Source: an uncultured Lachnospiraceae bacterium
GTDB lineage: Bacteria; Bacillota; Clostridia; Lachnospirales; Lachnospiraceae
Length of the DNA stretch: 64,000 bases
Assembly: GCA_947593735.1 (NCBI GenBank)
Contig: CANQDT010000009.1
Coordinates: 2,037-66,036, forward strand
Reading direction: 5' to 3'
The position numbers were made by a program, and so were the translations under genes. The number at the start of each line of letters is the position of its first letter. Positions within the stretch are counted from its first letter, which is position 1. This document shows positions 9,036 to 17,899 of this stretch, piece by piece. Under the pieces are notes generated by a model that saw only the letters and a program-made list of their open reading frames with translations, searched no databases and was not told where the DNA came from.

Positions 9036-12000
9036 TTATCCGTCAAGCTCTTCCACATGCTTCTTATTTGCTTTTTTCAGAATCTTCAATACATCCGCCG
9101 TCGTGACATTTCCGTCCCCATCCACATCCGCGGAAAGGAATGCCTGGGAATGACCCGTATCGCCGTCGGAACCCGCCACGCTTAGTTTTAACGCAAGCAC
9201 GGCGTCCGATAAATGAATGGAGCCGTCATTGTCCACATCGCCGGGCGTAAATGAAATTTCCTGTTCCGATTCAACAACGAAAGAGAGTTCCGCTACGGCA
9301 AGGCTGATCTTGCCGCCGTTGTTGACGGTATCAAAATATAAAGTAAAGTATTGATAGGAACGACCGCCGGTATCAAGATCGATTCTCTGAGGGATGTAGG
9401 AATGGGTTGCCGTTACCCCGCTTACTTCCCCGACCAGTTCGCCGGGCGTGTCTGCGTCGTTCGACGCGTAAATTTTTGCTCCGTTGATCCGATTCGCGAA
9501 AGCACCGTCCCCGTCGGCAGGCGTGTAGCGACCGATCACGTAAACCGCGCTTACCGGTTCCGGCTCTGCCAGTTCAGCTTTCAGAAACTTAGCGGGAGCG
9601 TCGTCTTTTGAAGAATATGCGGTGGAGGGTATGCCGTCGAAGACAAAGTCCGGCTCCCAGTCGGAACTCCAGGCGGGACTGGACGTCGCATGGGCGACCG
9701 CCGCGTTTATAACCTGTTTGCCAGGTCCGTTCACATGGACTTTCAGTTCCGATTTCAGCATACCGTCGGATGCCTGGATCGTACATGAACCAGGAGCATA
9801 GGCAGCAAGATGATTGCCATACGGCACAGCGCAGGCGATATTGCTGCTGCGGACGGTAAGGGATGGAAGCGGGGCGTCTTCCGGAACCGTTTTTATGCCG
9901 AGCAAAGCGATGTCGTTCTGCTGAAGCTCAACCGAATCCGTTTCTTTTCCATTGACTGTTATGACGATTTTATCCGCAATGACAGTAACCTCTTTCTGGA
10001 ATGTCTGGCGCTGCATTTCAAATTCGCTTCCGTTCCAAAGCTGATTTTCTTCTCCGGTTTTGTTTTTCTGAATCAGCGCGTCCCCCTCGCGCGTTAAATA
10101 TTTTCCCGTTGCGCAGTTCCGGATAAAAAACCAGCCGTCATGAATATTCTCCACATTCCAGTAAGCGGAATCAGAACGCCCGTCCCAGACTGCAGGCGAG
10201 CCGTCGGTTGTATCATTGATCGTAAGATACTGTCCGTTTCTGGCGATCAGATACGTACCGTCCGGAGTTTCGGAAAGCGTGAAGGCGACGGAAACAGGCT
10301 GATCCTTTTCCAGTACAATGTCGAGATAGCTTCCGCGCGCGTCGATTTTTTTCTCAACGGGCGTTCCGTCCAGGCTGGCGGCGGTCCATTCTTCCCCGCA
10401 GCCGAGACGGATCCGGTTGCCGTCTTCTGATGACGTCAGCGTAACGTTCGCTGTACGCGTGTCAATATCCCAGCTGAGCGAAGTGATTTCCGCCCTTGTC
10501 CGTGCCATGAGCCCGTCCACGCTTCCTTTCGTCCAGTCTCTCGGCAGGCTGGGCAGGATTTCAATTTCGCCTGTGTTGGAATACGCCAGGCTTTCGTTCA
10601 CCGCGCCGAGCGTTCCGAACGCGGTATCTGTGCAGTAGGTATCATTTCTGCGGTTTGTATCATGATCTGTCATGAGGGACGGGTAATAAGCGTTGGAACC
10701 CATCATTTTCAGGAGGGACTGCGCCATACCGTCGCCCCGTTTCAGCCGCGCCTCGACAAGCGCCTTGTGGATCCAGCCGTGTCCGGCAGTCGCGTCCCCC
10801 GTATTGTACCGGTTCCGGTTGTCAAGGGCAATGTTTGCCGCCCTGGCAAGATCCGGGTCGCTCTGCGTTTCGTAGGCGGGCCACGCCGCGTAGAGGTGGC
10901 TCAGATGGCGATGGTTGTTGTTTTCCACGTAATCGCTCATCGCCCATTCTTTCAGCGCGCCGTCCGGATCGTATTGATAGTCGGCAATGCTGTCTTTTAA
11001 TTTCTGCCACTTCTTCACTGCCGTCTCCCAGCCGTCGCGCCCGACCGCCTTCTCCAGCGCGCATACCATGTCAAGCCCGTCTTTCGCGGCTGTGATGTCC
11101 ATGGTCGCGTTCGCCGCGATCGTGCTGTTGTAGCCGACAGGGTGGTTTTCCGGAGAATAGGAGGGGATGATCATATATCTCTCGCCGTCGAGCAGTTCCG
11201 TCTTTTCCCCGTCATGCCGGGCTACGCCGTTCGCATCCATGTAATAGCATGGGGTTACGATCTGTTCCCAGAAGTTTGCCTGCTTCGTCAGGAGCGGAAG
11301 CAGGATGTCTTTTTCCAGGTCGAGCCATCCGCGCTCTTTTATGGCGGCAAATTCATCGTCGCTGAGCCCGCCGTCCTCTACGCCAAGCGACCGTTGGAGG
11401 TCGTCGATGCGCATGAACCGGTTGATCGGGATCTGCCTGTTTCCATTGCATTGCCAGTACTCATAAATGGGCAGAAGGCACCAGCTTGCCCCTGCATTCC
11501 AGTACTGGAACGGATAATCGTTATCATACTCGACCTGCATGGCACGATCGGCGTCCGTATTGACCGACGGCTGGAGCGCGTCATGCATCCCATACGACTT
11601 CTCCGCATTGCGCATAAAGTCTGGTGTATGGCGCAGGAAGTACGTGATGTATCCCTCTGCGCCGCTGTCCAGTCCGCCGGTGTTTATGGAACTGACCTGC
11701 AGGTTCACATTGGCATCCAGCGTGTAGATGCCTCTCCAACCAAGGTTCCATTCCCCGGTCCACATCCCATAGAGCCGTGGGGCGGATGATCCGCTGCAGC
11801 AGACCAGCGCGTATCTCGCCTGATCGTAGGAGCGGCGCAGAAATTCATGATTGATGCGGGACGGATCCGATCGCTGGGCAGCGATCAGGGCGGCGTTGTC
11901 AAGCGCTTTCCCGTCTTCATCGCCCTCCAGCCCGAAGCGTACGCGCTGGAACTCGTCCTGATGGAGCCTTGCCGACGGAGCCAGGGCGGCGTCGTAATCA

Positions 12001-13085
12001 AATGCCCCATCATGGGTATATTTTTCACATACTCGCCTGGTTTCTTCCGCCAGCTTATCCAGCAGGTCATACGACTGCATTGACGCGAACGCGTCCATCG
12101 GGCTGGGCGCTCCTGTCATCTCGGAACTTCTGTCCAACGCGGTGACAAGATAGACCGCCTCCGCATTTTCGATCCGGATCGCCGCGTCGTTTCCGAGAAG
12201 CATCGGGTCGTCGCCCGCGGATTCGACGCGCGACTGTACCGCGGACGCACCCTCTACGAGAACCCTTGTCAGCCCGCAATAACCGCCGTCCCGCAACTCG
12301 CTGCCATCGTAAACCGGGTAATGGCTGATCTGCGCGATGTAGGAGGCGTCGTCCGGTACGATTTTTTTATAGCGTTGATCCTGAACTTTACTAAGCCCGT
12401 TGTCTGACCGCGGCATATCATCAATGTCGTCGATGGAGATTTTCAGGTTGAGAAGTTCATTTGTCGAAGATTTGGTCAGTTTTGTGATGGAAACTCCGTC
12501 GCATCGGGACGTAAACGCCGTGCGCTGCCATTCTCCGCGGCTGTCCGTAAACCTCACGCCGGTTTCGGCTGTTTCATAGTTCGTCCAGCGGACATACCCG
12601 GTTTCCTGCTCCTGATAATCACTTGTGATCCGAAGCTGGTGACCCGGATGGAAAGAGTAGAAATACGTGCGTCTCCGTCGTCGTCCGCTTTTGTCTTTGA
12701 CTTCCCATTTGTCATTGAAGTTAAATACGTTTTCACGCGCCTCGCTGAGCTGACCGGTGAGTTCCTCCGGAATCTCCCGCGGATCGGCGGACGGGTAATT
12801 GAAGAACATGTTCTGATAGATAAATGTGTCGCTGTACGGTTCCCCGCTCGTCACATAACCGATCATGCCATTTCCGCTGACAAACCCGTCTCTCCACGCG
12901 CGGTTCCTGTCGTCCCTGTGGCGGCTGACAATAGGGCTGTAGCTCTCTACGAAACTACCTTCCTGATAAAGTTCGTCCATCCTGTACGCTCCTTTCTCCT
13001 GTGCCATCCCTGCCGTCGCGGGGGAGGTTAAAAGCATAGCCGTGCTGACGAGGATGGCGATGAATGATTTTCTTCCTGCGTTCAT
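9036..13085 (-). CDS. secreted GH95-like six-hairpin glycosidase with ricin-type lectin, Big_2, discoidin (F5/8 type C) and C-terminal dockerin modules
   Basis: Signal peptide MNAGRKSFIAILVSTAMLLTSPATAG. GH95-style blocks FVSGNGMIGYV, YTLDANVNLQVSSINTGG and NNNHRHLSHLYAAWP. Ricin-like segment (YLIARNGQYLTIND...NQLWNG). Discoidin-like segment (DFVFDGIPSTAYSS...AVYVIGRY). Dockerin duplicate GDVDNDGSI...DVDGDGNVTTADVLKILKKA. Confidence 0.7.
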   Translation of the reverse strand: MNAGRKSFIAILVSTAMLLTSPATAGMAQEKGAYRMDELYQEGSFVESYSPIVSRHRDDRNRAWRDGFVSGNGMIGYVTSGEPYSDTFIYQNMFFNYPSADPREIPEELTGQLSEARENVFNFNDKWEVKDKSGRRRRRTYFYSFHPGHQLRITSDYQEQETGYVRWTNYETAETGVRFTDSRGEWQRTAFTSRCDGVSITKLTKSSTNELLNLKISIDDIDDMPRSDNGLSKVQDQRYKKIVPDDASYIAQISHYPVYDGSELRDGGYCGLTRVLVEGASAVQSRVESAGDDPMLLGNDAAIRIENAEAVYLVTALDRSSEMTGAPSPMDAFASMQSYDLLDKLAEETRRVCEKYTHDGAFDYDAALAPSARLHQDEFQRVRFGLEGDEDGKALDNAALIAAQRSDPSRINHEFLRRSYDQARYALVCCSGSSAPRLYGMWTGEWNLGWRGIYTLDANVNLQVSSINTGGLDSGAEGYITYFLRHTPDFMRNAEKSYGMHDALQPSVNTDADRAMQVEYDNDYPFQYWNAGASWCLLPIYEYWQCNGNRQIPINRFMRIDDLQRSLGVEDGGLSDDEFAAIKERGWLDLEKDILLPLLTKQANFWEQIVTPCYYMDANGVARHDGEKTELLDGERYMIIPSYSPENHPVGYNSTIAANATMDITAAKDGLDMVCALEKAVGRDGWETAVKKWQKLKDSIADYQYDPDGALKEWAMSDYVENNNHRHLSHLYAAWPAYETQSDPDLARAANIALDNRNRYNTGDATAGHGWIHKALVEARLKRGDGMAQSLLKMMGSNAYYPSLMTDHDTNRRNDTYCTDTAFGTLGAVNESLAYSNTGEIEILPSLPRDWTKGSVDGLMARTRAEITSLSWDIDTRTANVTLTSSEDGNRIRLGCGEEWTAASLDGTPVEKKIDARGSYLDIVLEKDQPVSVAFTLSETPDGTYLIARNGQYLTINDTTDGSPAVWDGRSDSAYWNVENIHDGWFFIRNCATGKYLTREGDALIQKNKTGEENQLWNGSEFEMQRQTFQKEVTVIADKIVITVNGKETDSVELQQNDIALLGIKTVPEDAPLPSLTVRSSNIACAVPYGNHLAAYAPGSCTIQASDGMLKSELKVHVNGPGKQVINAAVAHATSSPAWSSDWEPDFVFDGIPSTAYSSKDDAPAKFLKAELAEPEPVSAVYVIGRYTPADGDGAFANRINGAKIYASNDADTPGELVGEVSGVTATHSYIPQRIDLDTGGRSYQYFTLYFDTVNNGGKISLAVAELSFVVESEQEISFTPGDVDNDGSIHLSDAVLALKLSVAGSDGDTGHSQAFLSADVDGDGNVTTADVLKILKKANKKHVEELDG

Positions 13086-13155
13086 CTTGTGTCTCCTTTC
13101 TTTTCTTTCGATTGCGGGAAATCCGCTATCATACTATTGAAACATCCGCTTCCTC

Positions 13156-13300
13156 AAGGTATAATATGATCACTTGGCGAGGTATTTTCGAGCCTAGTGA
13201 GAATATATGCCTGGCAGCTTAGCGAGGTCTTATCGAGCTTAGCGATAAGGTATAATATGATCACTTAGCGAGGTATTTTCGAGCCTAGCAAGGTCGTTAA
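13156..13300. repeat. direct-repeat array in the divergent GH95-like/AraC intergenic region (candidate operator sites)
   Basis: A 42-bp unit AAGGTATAATATGATCACTT(G/A)GCGAGGTATTTTCGAGCCTAG occurs at 13156-13197 and again at 13247-13288. Six T(A/G)G(C/T)(G/A)A-type heads lie at 13175, 13195, 13220, 13240, 13266 and 13286, with spacings of 20, 25, 20, 26 and 20 bp. Each long unit carries a TATAAT. Confidence 0.6.
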
Positions 13301-13315
13301 ACATGGAGGTGCACC

Positions 13316-14164
13316 ATGCCGGCAAAAAATACGAAAACGGAAATTTATCTCAGGACGACGCGCCCCGACCCGTCGGGTATGTATGTCTTTCATGGGATTG
13401 CCGACGAGAAAAATCCAAATAATAACATGATCCACTGCCACAGCTTCTGGGAAATGGAGTTCATCGTAAAGGGAAGCGGTCGTTACGAGATCAACAACCG
13501 CGTGTTTCCGATCGGGCGCGGCTGGCTTTATCTGACGACGCCCGCGGATTATCATTATTATTCGCTTGACGCCGGGGAGCAGTTTGAATTATATAACATC
13601 CAATTCTTTTCCGAACATCTGAACGAGGAGATCCTGTCCTTTTTTTATTCCCGCCATGAACCGATCGCCGTACCGCTTGACGGCGGACAGTTTGACTGGT
13701 TCTGCCGTTCGTTTGAGGAAACGGCGCGCGTATTTTCCGAAAAAGCACCGATGTACGGGCTGATGGTCCGGAATCTGATCGAAAATATATGCGTCCGGCT
13801 GGCGGGGCGTATGAGCGCGGAAACTGTGTCCGCGCCCGTCCGTTCCGCGGTCAAGGACGCCGTGATCTTCGCGAAAGACAATTACCGCGACAATATTACG
13901 CTGCATGACGCGGCGTTACGCGCCGGAATGTCGGAAGCGTATTTTTCGCATATGTTTTCATCCGTCATGGGAATCGGTTTTTCCGCTTATCTGCGGAATA
14001 TACGCCTCAACGCAGCCGCGAACCTGCTCAAGTCAACCAATATGAGCATAAAAGAAGTCTGCTACGAAACCGGGTTCGGAAACCGGAGCCATTTTACGAA
14101 AGTATTCAGGGAACAATTCGGTTTGCCGCCGGCGGAATATCAGAAAAAATATCGGCTGCATTGA
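13316..14164 (+). CDS. AraC family transcriptional regulator (cupin sensor plus dual HTH)
   Basis: GGAGG lies 6 nt before the ATG. Cupin-like N-terminus (HCHSFWEMEFIVKGSG). C-terminal AraC HTH (FSHMFSSVMGIGFSAYLRNIRLNAAANLL, GFGNRSHFTKVFREQFGLPPAEY). Confidence 0.9.
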   Translation: MPAKNTKTEIYLRTTRPDPSGMYVFHGIADEKNPNNNMIHCHSFWEMEFIVKGSGRYEINNRVFPIGRGWLYLTTPADYHYYSLDAGEQFELYNIQFFSEHLNEEILSFFYSRHEPIAVPLDGGQFDWFCRSFEETARVFSEKAPMYGLMVRNLIENICVRLAGRMSAETVSAPVRSAVKDAVIFAKDNYRDNITLHDAALRAGMSEAYFSHMFSSVMGIGFSAYLRNIRLNAAANLLKSTNMSIKEVCYETGFGNRSHFTKVFREQFGLPPAEYQKKYRLH

Positions 14165-14189
14165 TATAAGAAACAGTATAGCAGGGATT

Positions 14190-14227
14190 CCGGCGTGTTT
14201 GTACATCAAATGCGTCGGTTTTCTTTT
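14190..14227 (+). terminator. weak candidate terminator after the AraC gene
   Basis: CCGGCG (14190-14195) pairs with CGTCGG (14213-14218) with one G-T pair. TTTTCTTTT follows. Confidence 0.35.
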
Positions 14228-14246
14228 GAAATGGTTGCTTTTCCCG

Positions 14247-14675
14247 TCACCGGTTCGCTTTCATCATGTCAAGGAGCTGGCTCATGAGCGCTTCCTGACC
14301 GGGCGGGGTGGAAGCGCCTGCGTCGGATCCGGTTGGGGATGCCTGGTTTTGCAGCAGGAGCGGGAGCACCTTGGATATCTGGATGATATGAAGCATCTGG
14401 TCGATCTGGGGGCGCGTCTCGTCGTCCGCTTTGCCCCGCATCGCGCGCAGCATTTGTTCCAGACTCTGGTTGGAATGGCTGAGCCCGCAGGCGCTGACGG
14501 TGTCCGGATCCTGGAACCGTTCCCGGACATGACCGAGTTCCTGCGCTTTGATATACATGGCGAGCGGCTGCTGAAATCCGTTCCCGATATATGGAAGGGC
14601 GGCTTCCAGCATTTCCAGGCGCGGGTCGCGCGCAAGCTGCTGTAAGGGTCTGCTTTCCGTTCTTTGTCCGTTCAA
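14247..14675 (-). CDS. hypothetical protein (no family recognised)
   Basis: TTG start at 14675 lies 6 nt after GGAGGT. The 142-aa sequence has protein-like composition (LEMLEAALPYIGNGFQQPLAMYIKAQELG...). The two overlapping alternative frames are Arg/Pro-rich. Confidence 0.6.
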   Translation of the reverse strand: MNGQRTESRPLQQLARDPRLEMLEAALPYIGNGFQQPLAMYIKAQELGHVRERFQDPDTVSACGLSHSNQSLEQMLRAMRGKADDETRPQIDQMLHIIQISKVLPLLLQNQASPTGSDAGASTPPGQEALMSQLLDMMKANR

Positions 14676-14741
14676 GGGAATACCTCCATGAAATGCGATG
14701 AATAGTATATAGTAATACTGTATTCAGACAGGAGAGATTTG

Positions 14742-14906
14742 ATGAATGAGACGCTGATCGTGGAAGACAACGCCGTTTATGAGATAGATCCAAATTGCAG
14801 GCTGATCATGAAAAACGGGAGGCGGAGAGCGGTCATGGTCAGGGCGGCGCAACTCAGGCGAAAACGTCAGTTGTTATTGGCAATTTTATTGACTTCTACA
14901 CTTTAA
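14742..14906 (+). CDS. candidate small ORF (54 aa), below the ORF-track cutoff
   Basis: AGGAGAG (14730-14736) lies 5 nt before the ATG at 14742. Product is MNETLIVEDNAVYEIDPNCRLIMKNGRRRAVMVRAAQLRRKRQLLLAILLTSTL, with TAA at 14904-14906. The first half has genome-like GC3. The 3' end overlaps the ABC-operon promoter. Confidence 0.3.
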   Translation: MNETLIVEDNAVYEIDPNCRLIMKNGRRRAVMVRAAQLRRKRQLLLAILLTSTL

Positions 14907-14917
14907 AGTGATATACT
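14889..14917 (+). promoter_or_regulatory. sigma-70-type promoter of the ABC transporter operon
   Basis: TTGACT (14889-14894), a 17-nt spacer, then TATACT (14912-14917). Confidence 0.65.
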
Positions 14918-14985
14918 TTTTTCATGTGTAACAAGTGACAGACATCATGAGATACACAATAAAAGAAAAAGCGAGGAAATGGAAT

Positions 14986-16002
14986 ATGAGAAAACAAACA
15001 GCAAAGAAAATGTTGGCTCTTGCGTTCGCCCTGATGTTGGGGCTGTCCATGACAGCCTGCGGGCAGAAAGACGACGGCGCAGCCAGCGGACAGAACCAGG
15101 AAACTGCGGATAACACGGATGCGTCCAAAGAGTATCATGTCGGCGTTCTCCAGCTGGTCGAGCACGACGCGCTGGGCGCTGCCAATCAGGGCTTCTGCGA
15201 CGTACTGAACGAGTCCGGTCTGAATATCGACATCGACCAGCAGAACGCGCAGAACGAGCAGGCAAACTGCCAGACGATCGCGTCCAAATTTGTCAGCGAT
15301 AAAAAAGACCTGATCCTTGCGATCGCGACTCCCGCCGCGCAGGCATGCGCCAGTGAGACGACGGAGATCCCGATCCTTGTAACCGCGGTGACCGACCCTG
15401 CCGACGCGGAGCTTGTGGACACCAACGAACATCCGGGCGGAAACGTATCCGGAACGTCCGACTTAACTCCGGTCGCTTCCCAGTTTGATCTTCTGAAGGA
15501 GATCCTTCCGGACGCGAAGAAAGTCGGAATCCTTTACAATTCCGCGGAGTCAAATTCCAAATTCCAGGCAGAGCTTGCGAAAGAAGCCGCGGCGAAACTG
15601 GATATGGAAGCGGTCGAGGCGACGGTTTCCAATTCCAATGAGATCGAGCAGGTGACAAGGGATCTGTGCGGCAAAGTCGACGTGATCTATTGCCCGACCG
15701 ACAATATGATCGCTGCCGGAATGGCAACGGTTACCATGGTTGCCAACGAGCTGAAGATCCCGACGATCGTCGGAGAGGAAGGCATGGTAGAAAACGGCGG
15801 GCTCGCGACACAGTCGATCAGCTATTATGAGCTTGGCCGTAAGACCGGCGAGCAGGCGGTGAAGATCCTGAAAGGGGAGGCGACCACCGCGGATATGCCG
15901 ATCGAATATGTACCGGGCGACGCGATTTCCGTCAATGAAGATACCGCAAAAGAGATTGGAGTTGAAATCCCGCAGTCGGTACTGGATAAGATCGAAAAAT
16001 AA
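14986..16002 (+). CDS. ABC transporter substrate-binding lipoprotein (ABC_sub_bind / PF04392-like)
   Basis: ATG at 14986 follows GAGGA. Lipobox LGLSMTAC. Blocks HVGVLQLVEHDALG and AIATPAAQA are typical of this SBP family. Confidence 0.8.
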   Translation: MRKQTAKKMLALAFALMLGLSMTACGQKDDGAASGQNQETADNTDASKEYHVGVLQLVEHDALGAANQGFCDVLNESGLNIDIDQQNAQNEQANCQTIASKFVSDKKDLILAIATPAAQACASETTEIPILVTAVTDPADAELVDTNEHPGGNVSGTSDLTPVASQFDLLKEILPDAKKVGILYNSAESNSKFQAELAKEAAAKLDMEAVEATVSNSNEIEQVTRDLCGKVDVIYCPTDNMIAAGMATVTMVANELKIPTIVGEEGMVENGGLATQSISYYELGRKTGEQAVKILKGEATTADMPIEYVPGDAISVNEDTAKEIGVEIPQSVLDKIEK

Positions 16003-16021
16003 GCATCGTTGCGGATAATGG

Positions 16022-16062
16022 AAGATTGAGGATGTCTTCTCCCTGAAGGCACCCTCAATCTT
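16022..16062 (+). promoter_or_regulatory. intercistronic stem-loop between the SBP and permease genes
   Basis: AAGATTGAGG (16022-16031) pairs perfectly with CCTCAATCTT (16053-16062). There is an inner CTTC/GAAG stem. Only a 3-T run follows, so this is more likely mRNA stabilisation or partial attenuation than full termination. Confidence 0.5.
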
Positions 16063-16080
16063 TGCATAGGAGGAAAGAAA

Positions 16081-16995
16081 ATGAGCAGCTTTTTTTTGGC
16101 AATAATGGGCGCGGTTTCCCAGGGCGTCCTGTGGTCCGTGATGGCGCTCGGTGTTTATATCACCTTCCGCCTGCTTGATATCGCGGATCTTTCGGTCGAC
16201 GGGACGTTTGCGCTCGGCGGCGTTACGACGGCTGTGCTGATCGTGAAAGGAATGAATCCGATCCTCGCGCTCGTGATCGCGACTCTGGCGGGCATGCTCG
16301 CCGGGCTGGTGACCGGACTGCTTCATACAAAGCTCGGAATACCGGCGATCCTCGCGGGGATCCTGACAATGATTTCCTGTTATTCGATCAATCTGAGGAT
16401 CGCGGGCGGCGCGTCCAATACGCCGCTCCTGAAAGCGGACACGGTCATGAGCTTTCTGAACGACCTGTTCCCGGCACTCAGCAAGACGGCGACGTCGCTG
16501 ATCATCGGGCTGATCCTGACGGCTGCGGTCGTTGCCTTTCTGTACTGGTTTTTCGGGACAGAGATGGGATCGGCGCTCCGCGCGACAGGAAACAATGAGA
16601 GAATGATCCGGGCGCTCGGCGTCAATACGGATACGATGAAAAATATCGGGCTGGTGATCAGCAACGGATTTGTCGCGCTTTCCGGCGGCGTTGTGGCGCA
16701 GAGCCAGAAGTATGCCGACGTTGGAATGGGAACCGGAACAATCGTGATCGGTCTCGCGTCGATCGTGATCGGGGAAGTTATTTTCGGGAACCGGTTTAAT
16801 TTTGCTTATGTGCTATGTTCCGTTGTGATGGGTTCGGTTTTGTACCGGATCATCATCGCGATCGTACTCCGGTTTAATTTCTTTACGACAGGCGACTTAA
16901 AGCTGCTGACGGCGATCATCGTCGCGTTTGCCCTGTCTGTTCCGATCATTAAAAATAAGGTGCTGCAGAAAAGCGCCGGCAGGAAGGGAAGGTAG
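16081..16995 (+). CDS. ABC transporter permease
   Basis: Polytopic hydrophobic protein immediately after the SBP gene. AGGAGGAAAG precedes the ATG. Confidence 0.85.
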   Translation: MSSFFLAIMGAVSQGVLWSVMALGVYITFRLLDIADLSVDGTFALGGVTTAVLIVKGMNPILALVIATLAGMLAGLVTGLLHTKLGIPAILAGILTMISCYSINLRIAGGASNTPLLKADTVMSFLNDLFPALSKTATSLIIGLILTAAVVAFLYWFFGTEMGSALRATGNNERMIRALGVNTDTMKNIGLVISNGFVALSGGVVAQSQKYADVGMGTGTIVIGLASIVIGEVIFGNRFNFAYVLCSVVMGSVLYRIIIAIVLRFNFFTTGDLKLLTAIIVAFALSVPIIKNKVLQKSAGRKGR

Positions 16996-17000
16996 ATCTT

Positions 17001-17795
17001 ATGCTGAAAGTAACGGGCGTATACAAGACGTTTAATCCTGGGACGATCAACGAAAAGAAGGCGCTGAACGGCGTGGATCTTTCCCTTGCCCCGGGCGATT
17101 TTGTGACGGTGATCGGCGGGAACGGCGCGGGAAAATCGACCATCATGAATATGATCGCGGGCGTTTACCCGATCGACGAGGGACAGATCATCCTGGACGG
17201 GCAGGATATTTCCCGCCTGCCGGAGTATAAGCGCGCCAAACTGCTTGGCAGGGTGTTCCAGGATCCGATGATGGGTACCGCCGCAGGGATGGAGATACAG
17301 GAGAATATGGCGCTTGCGTACCGCCGCGGAAAACCAAGGGGACTCAGCTGGGGAATCACGAAAGCGGAGAAGAAATTGTTCCGGGAAGCGCTCCGCACGC
17401 TGGATCTCGGGCTGGAGGACCGGATGACGTCCAAGGTCGGGCTTCTTTCCGGAGGACAGCGTCAGGCGCTGACGCTTCTGATGGCGACGCTGCAGCGCCC
17501 GCAGCTTCTGCTGCTTGACGAACATACCGCCGCGCTTGACCCGAAGACGGCGAAGAAAGTACTGGATCTGACGGAGGAACTGGTCAGCCGGGACAATCTC
17601 ACGACGCTGATGGTCACGCATAATATGAAAGACGCGATCCATGTCGGAAACCGTCTGATCATGATGCACGAGGGACGCATCATTTATGATGTGAGCGGAG
17701 AAGAAAAGAAAAATCTCCAGGTAAAGGATCTGCTCGCGAAATTCGAGCAGGTAAGCGGCGGAGAATTCGCGAATGACAGAATGTTGCTCGCATAA
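17001..17795 (+). CDS. ABC transporter ATP-binding protein
   Basis: Walker A GGNGAGKST, signature LSGGQRQ, Walker B LLLLDEHTAALD. Confidence 0.92.
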   Translation: MLKVTGVYKTFNPGTINEKKALNGVDLSLAPGDFVTVIGGNGAGKSTIMNMIAGVYPIDEGQIILDGQDISRLPEYKRAKLLGRVFQDPMMGTAAGMEIQENMALAYRRGKPRGLSWGITKAEKKLFREALRTLDLGLEDRMTSKVGLLSGGQRQALTLLMATLQRPQLLLLDEHTAALDPKTAKKVLDLTEELVSRDNLTTLMVTHNMKDAIHVGNRLIMMHEGRIIYDVSGEEKKNLQVKDLLAKFEQVSGGEFANDRMLLA

Positions 17796-17837
17796 TGGAA
17801 AAATGACGATAATTTGTATGGAAACAGGCGGAAACCC

Positions 17838-17866
17838 TTGCATGGACACCCGATTTCGTGTAAAAT
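17838..17866 (+). promoter_or_regulatory. sigma-70-type promoter upstream of glgA
   Basis: TTGCAT (17838-17843), a 17-nt spacer, then TAAAAT (17861-17866). Confidence 0.55.
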
Positions 17867-17899
17867 GAGAATAAGAAACTTATGATCAGGAGGGGTGTT

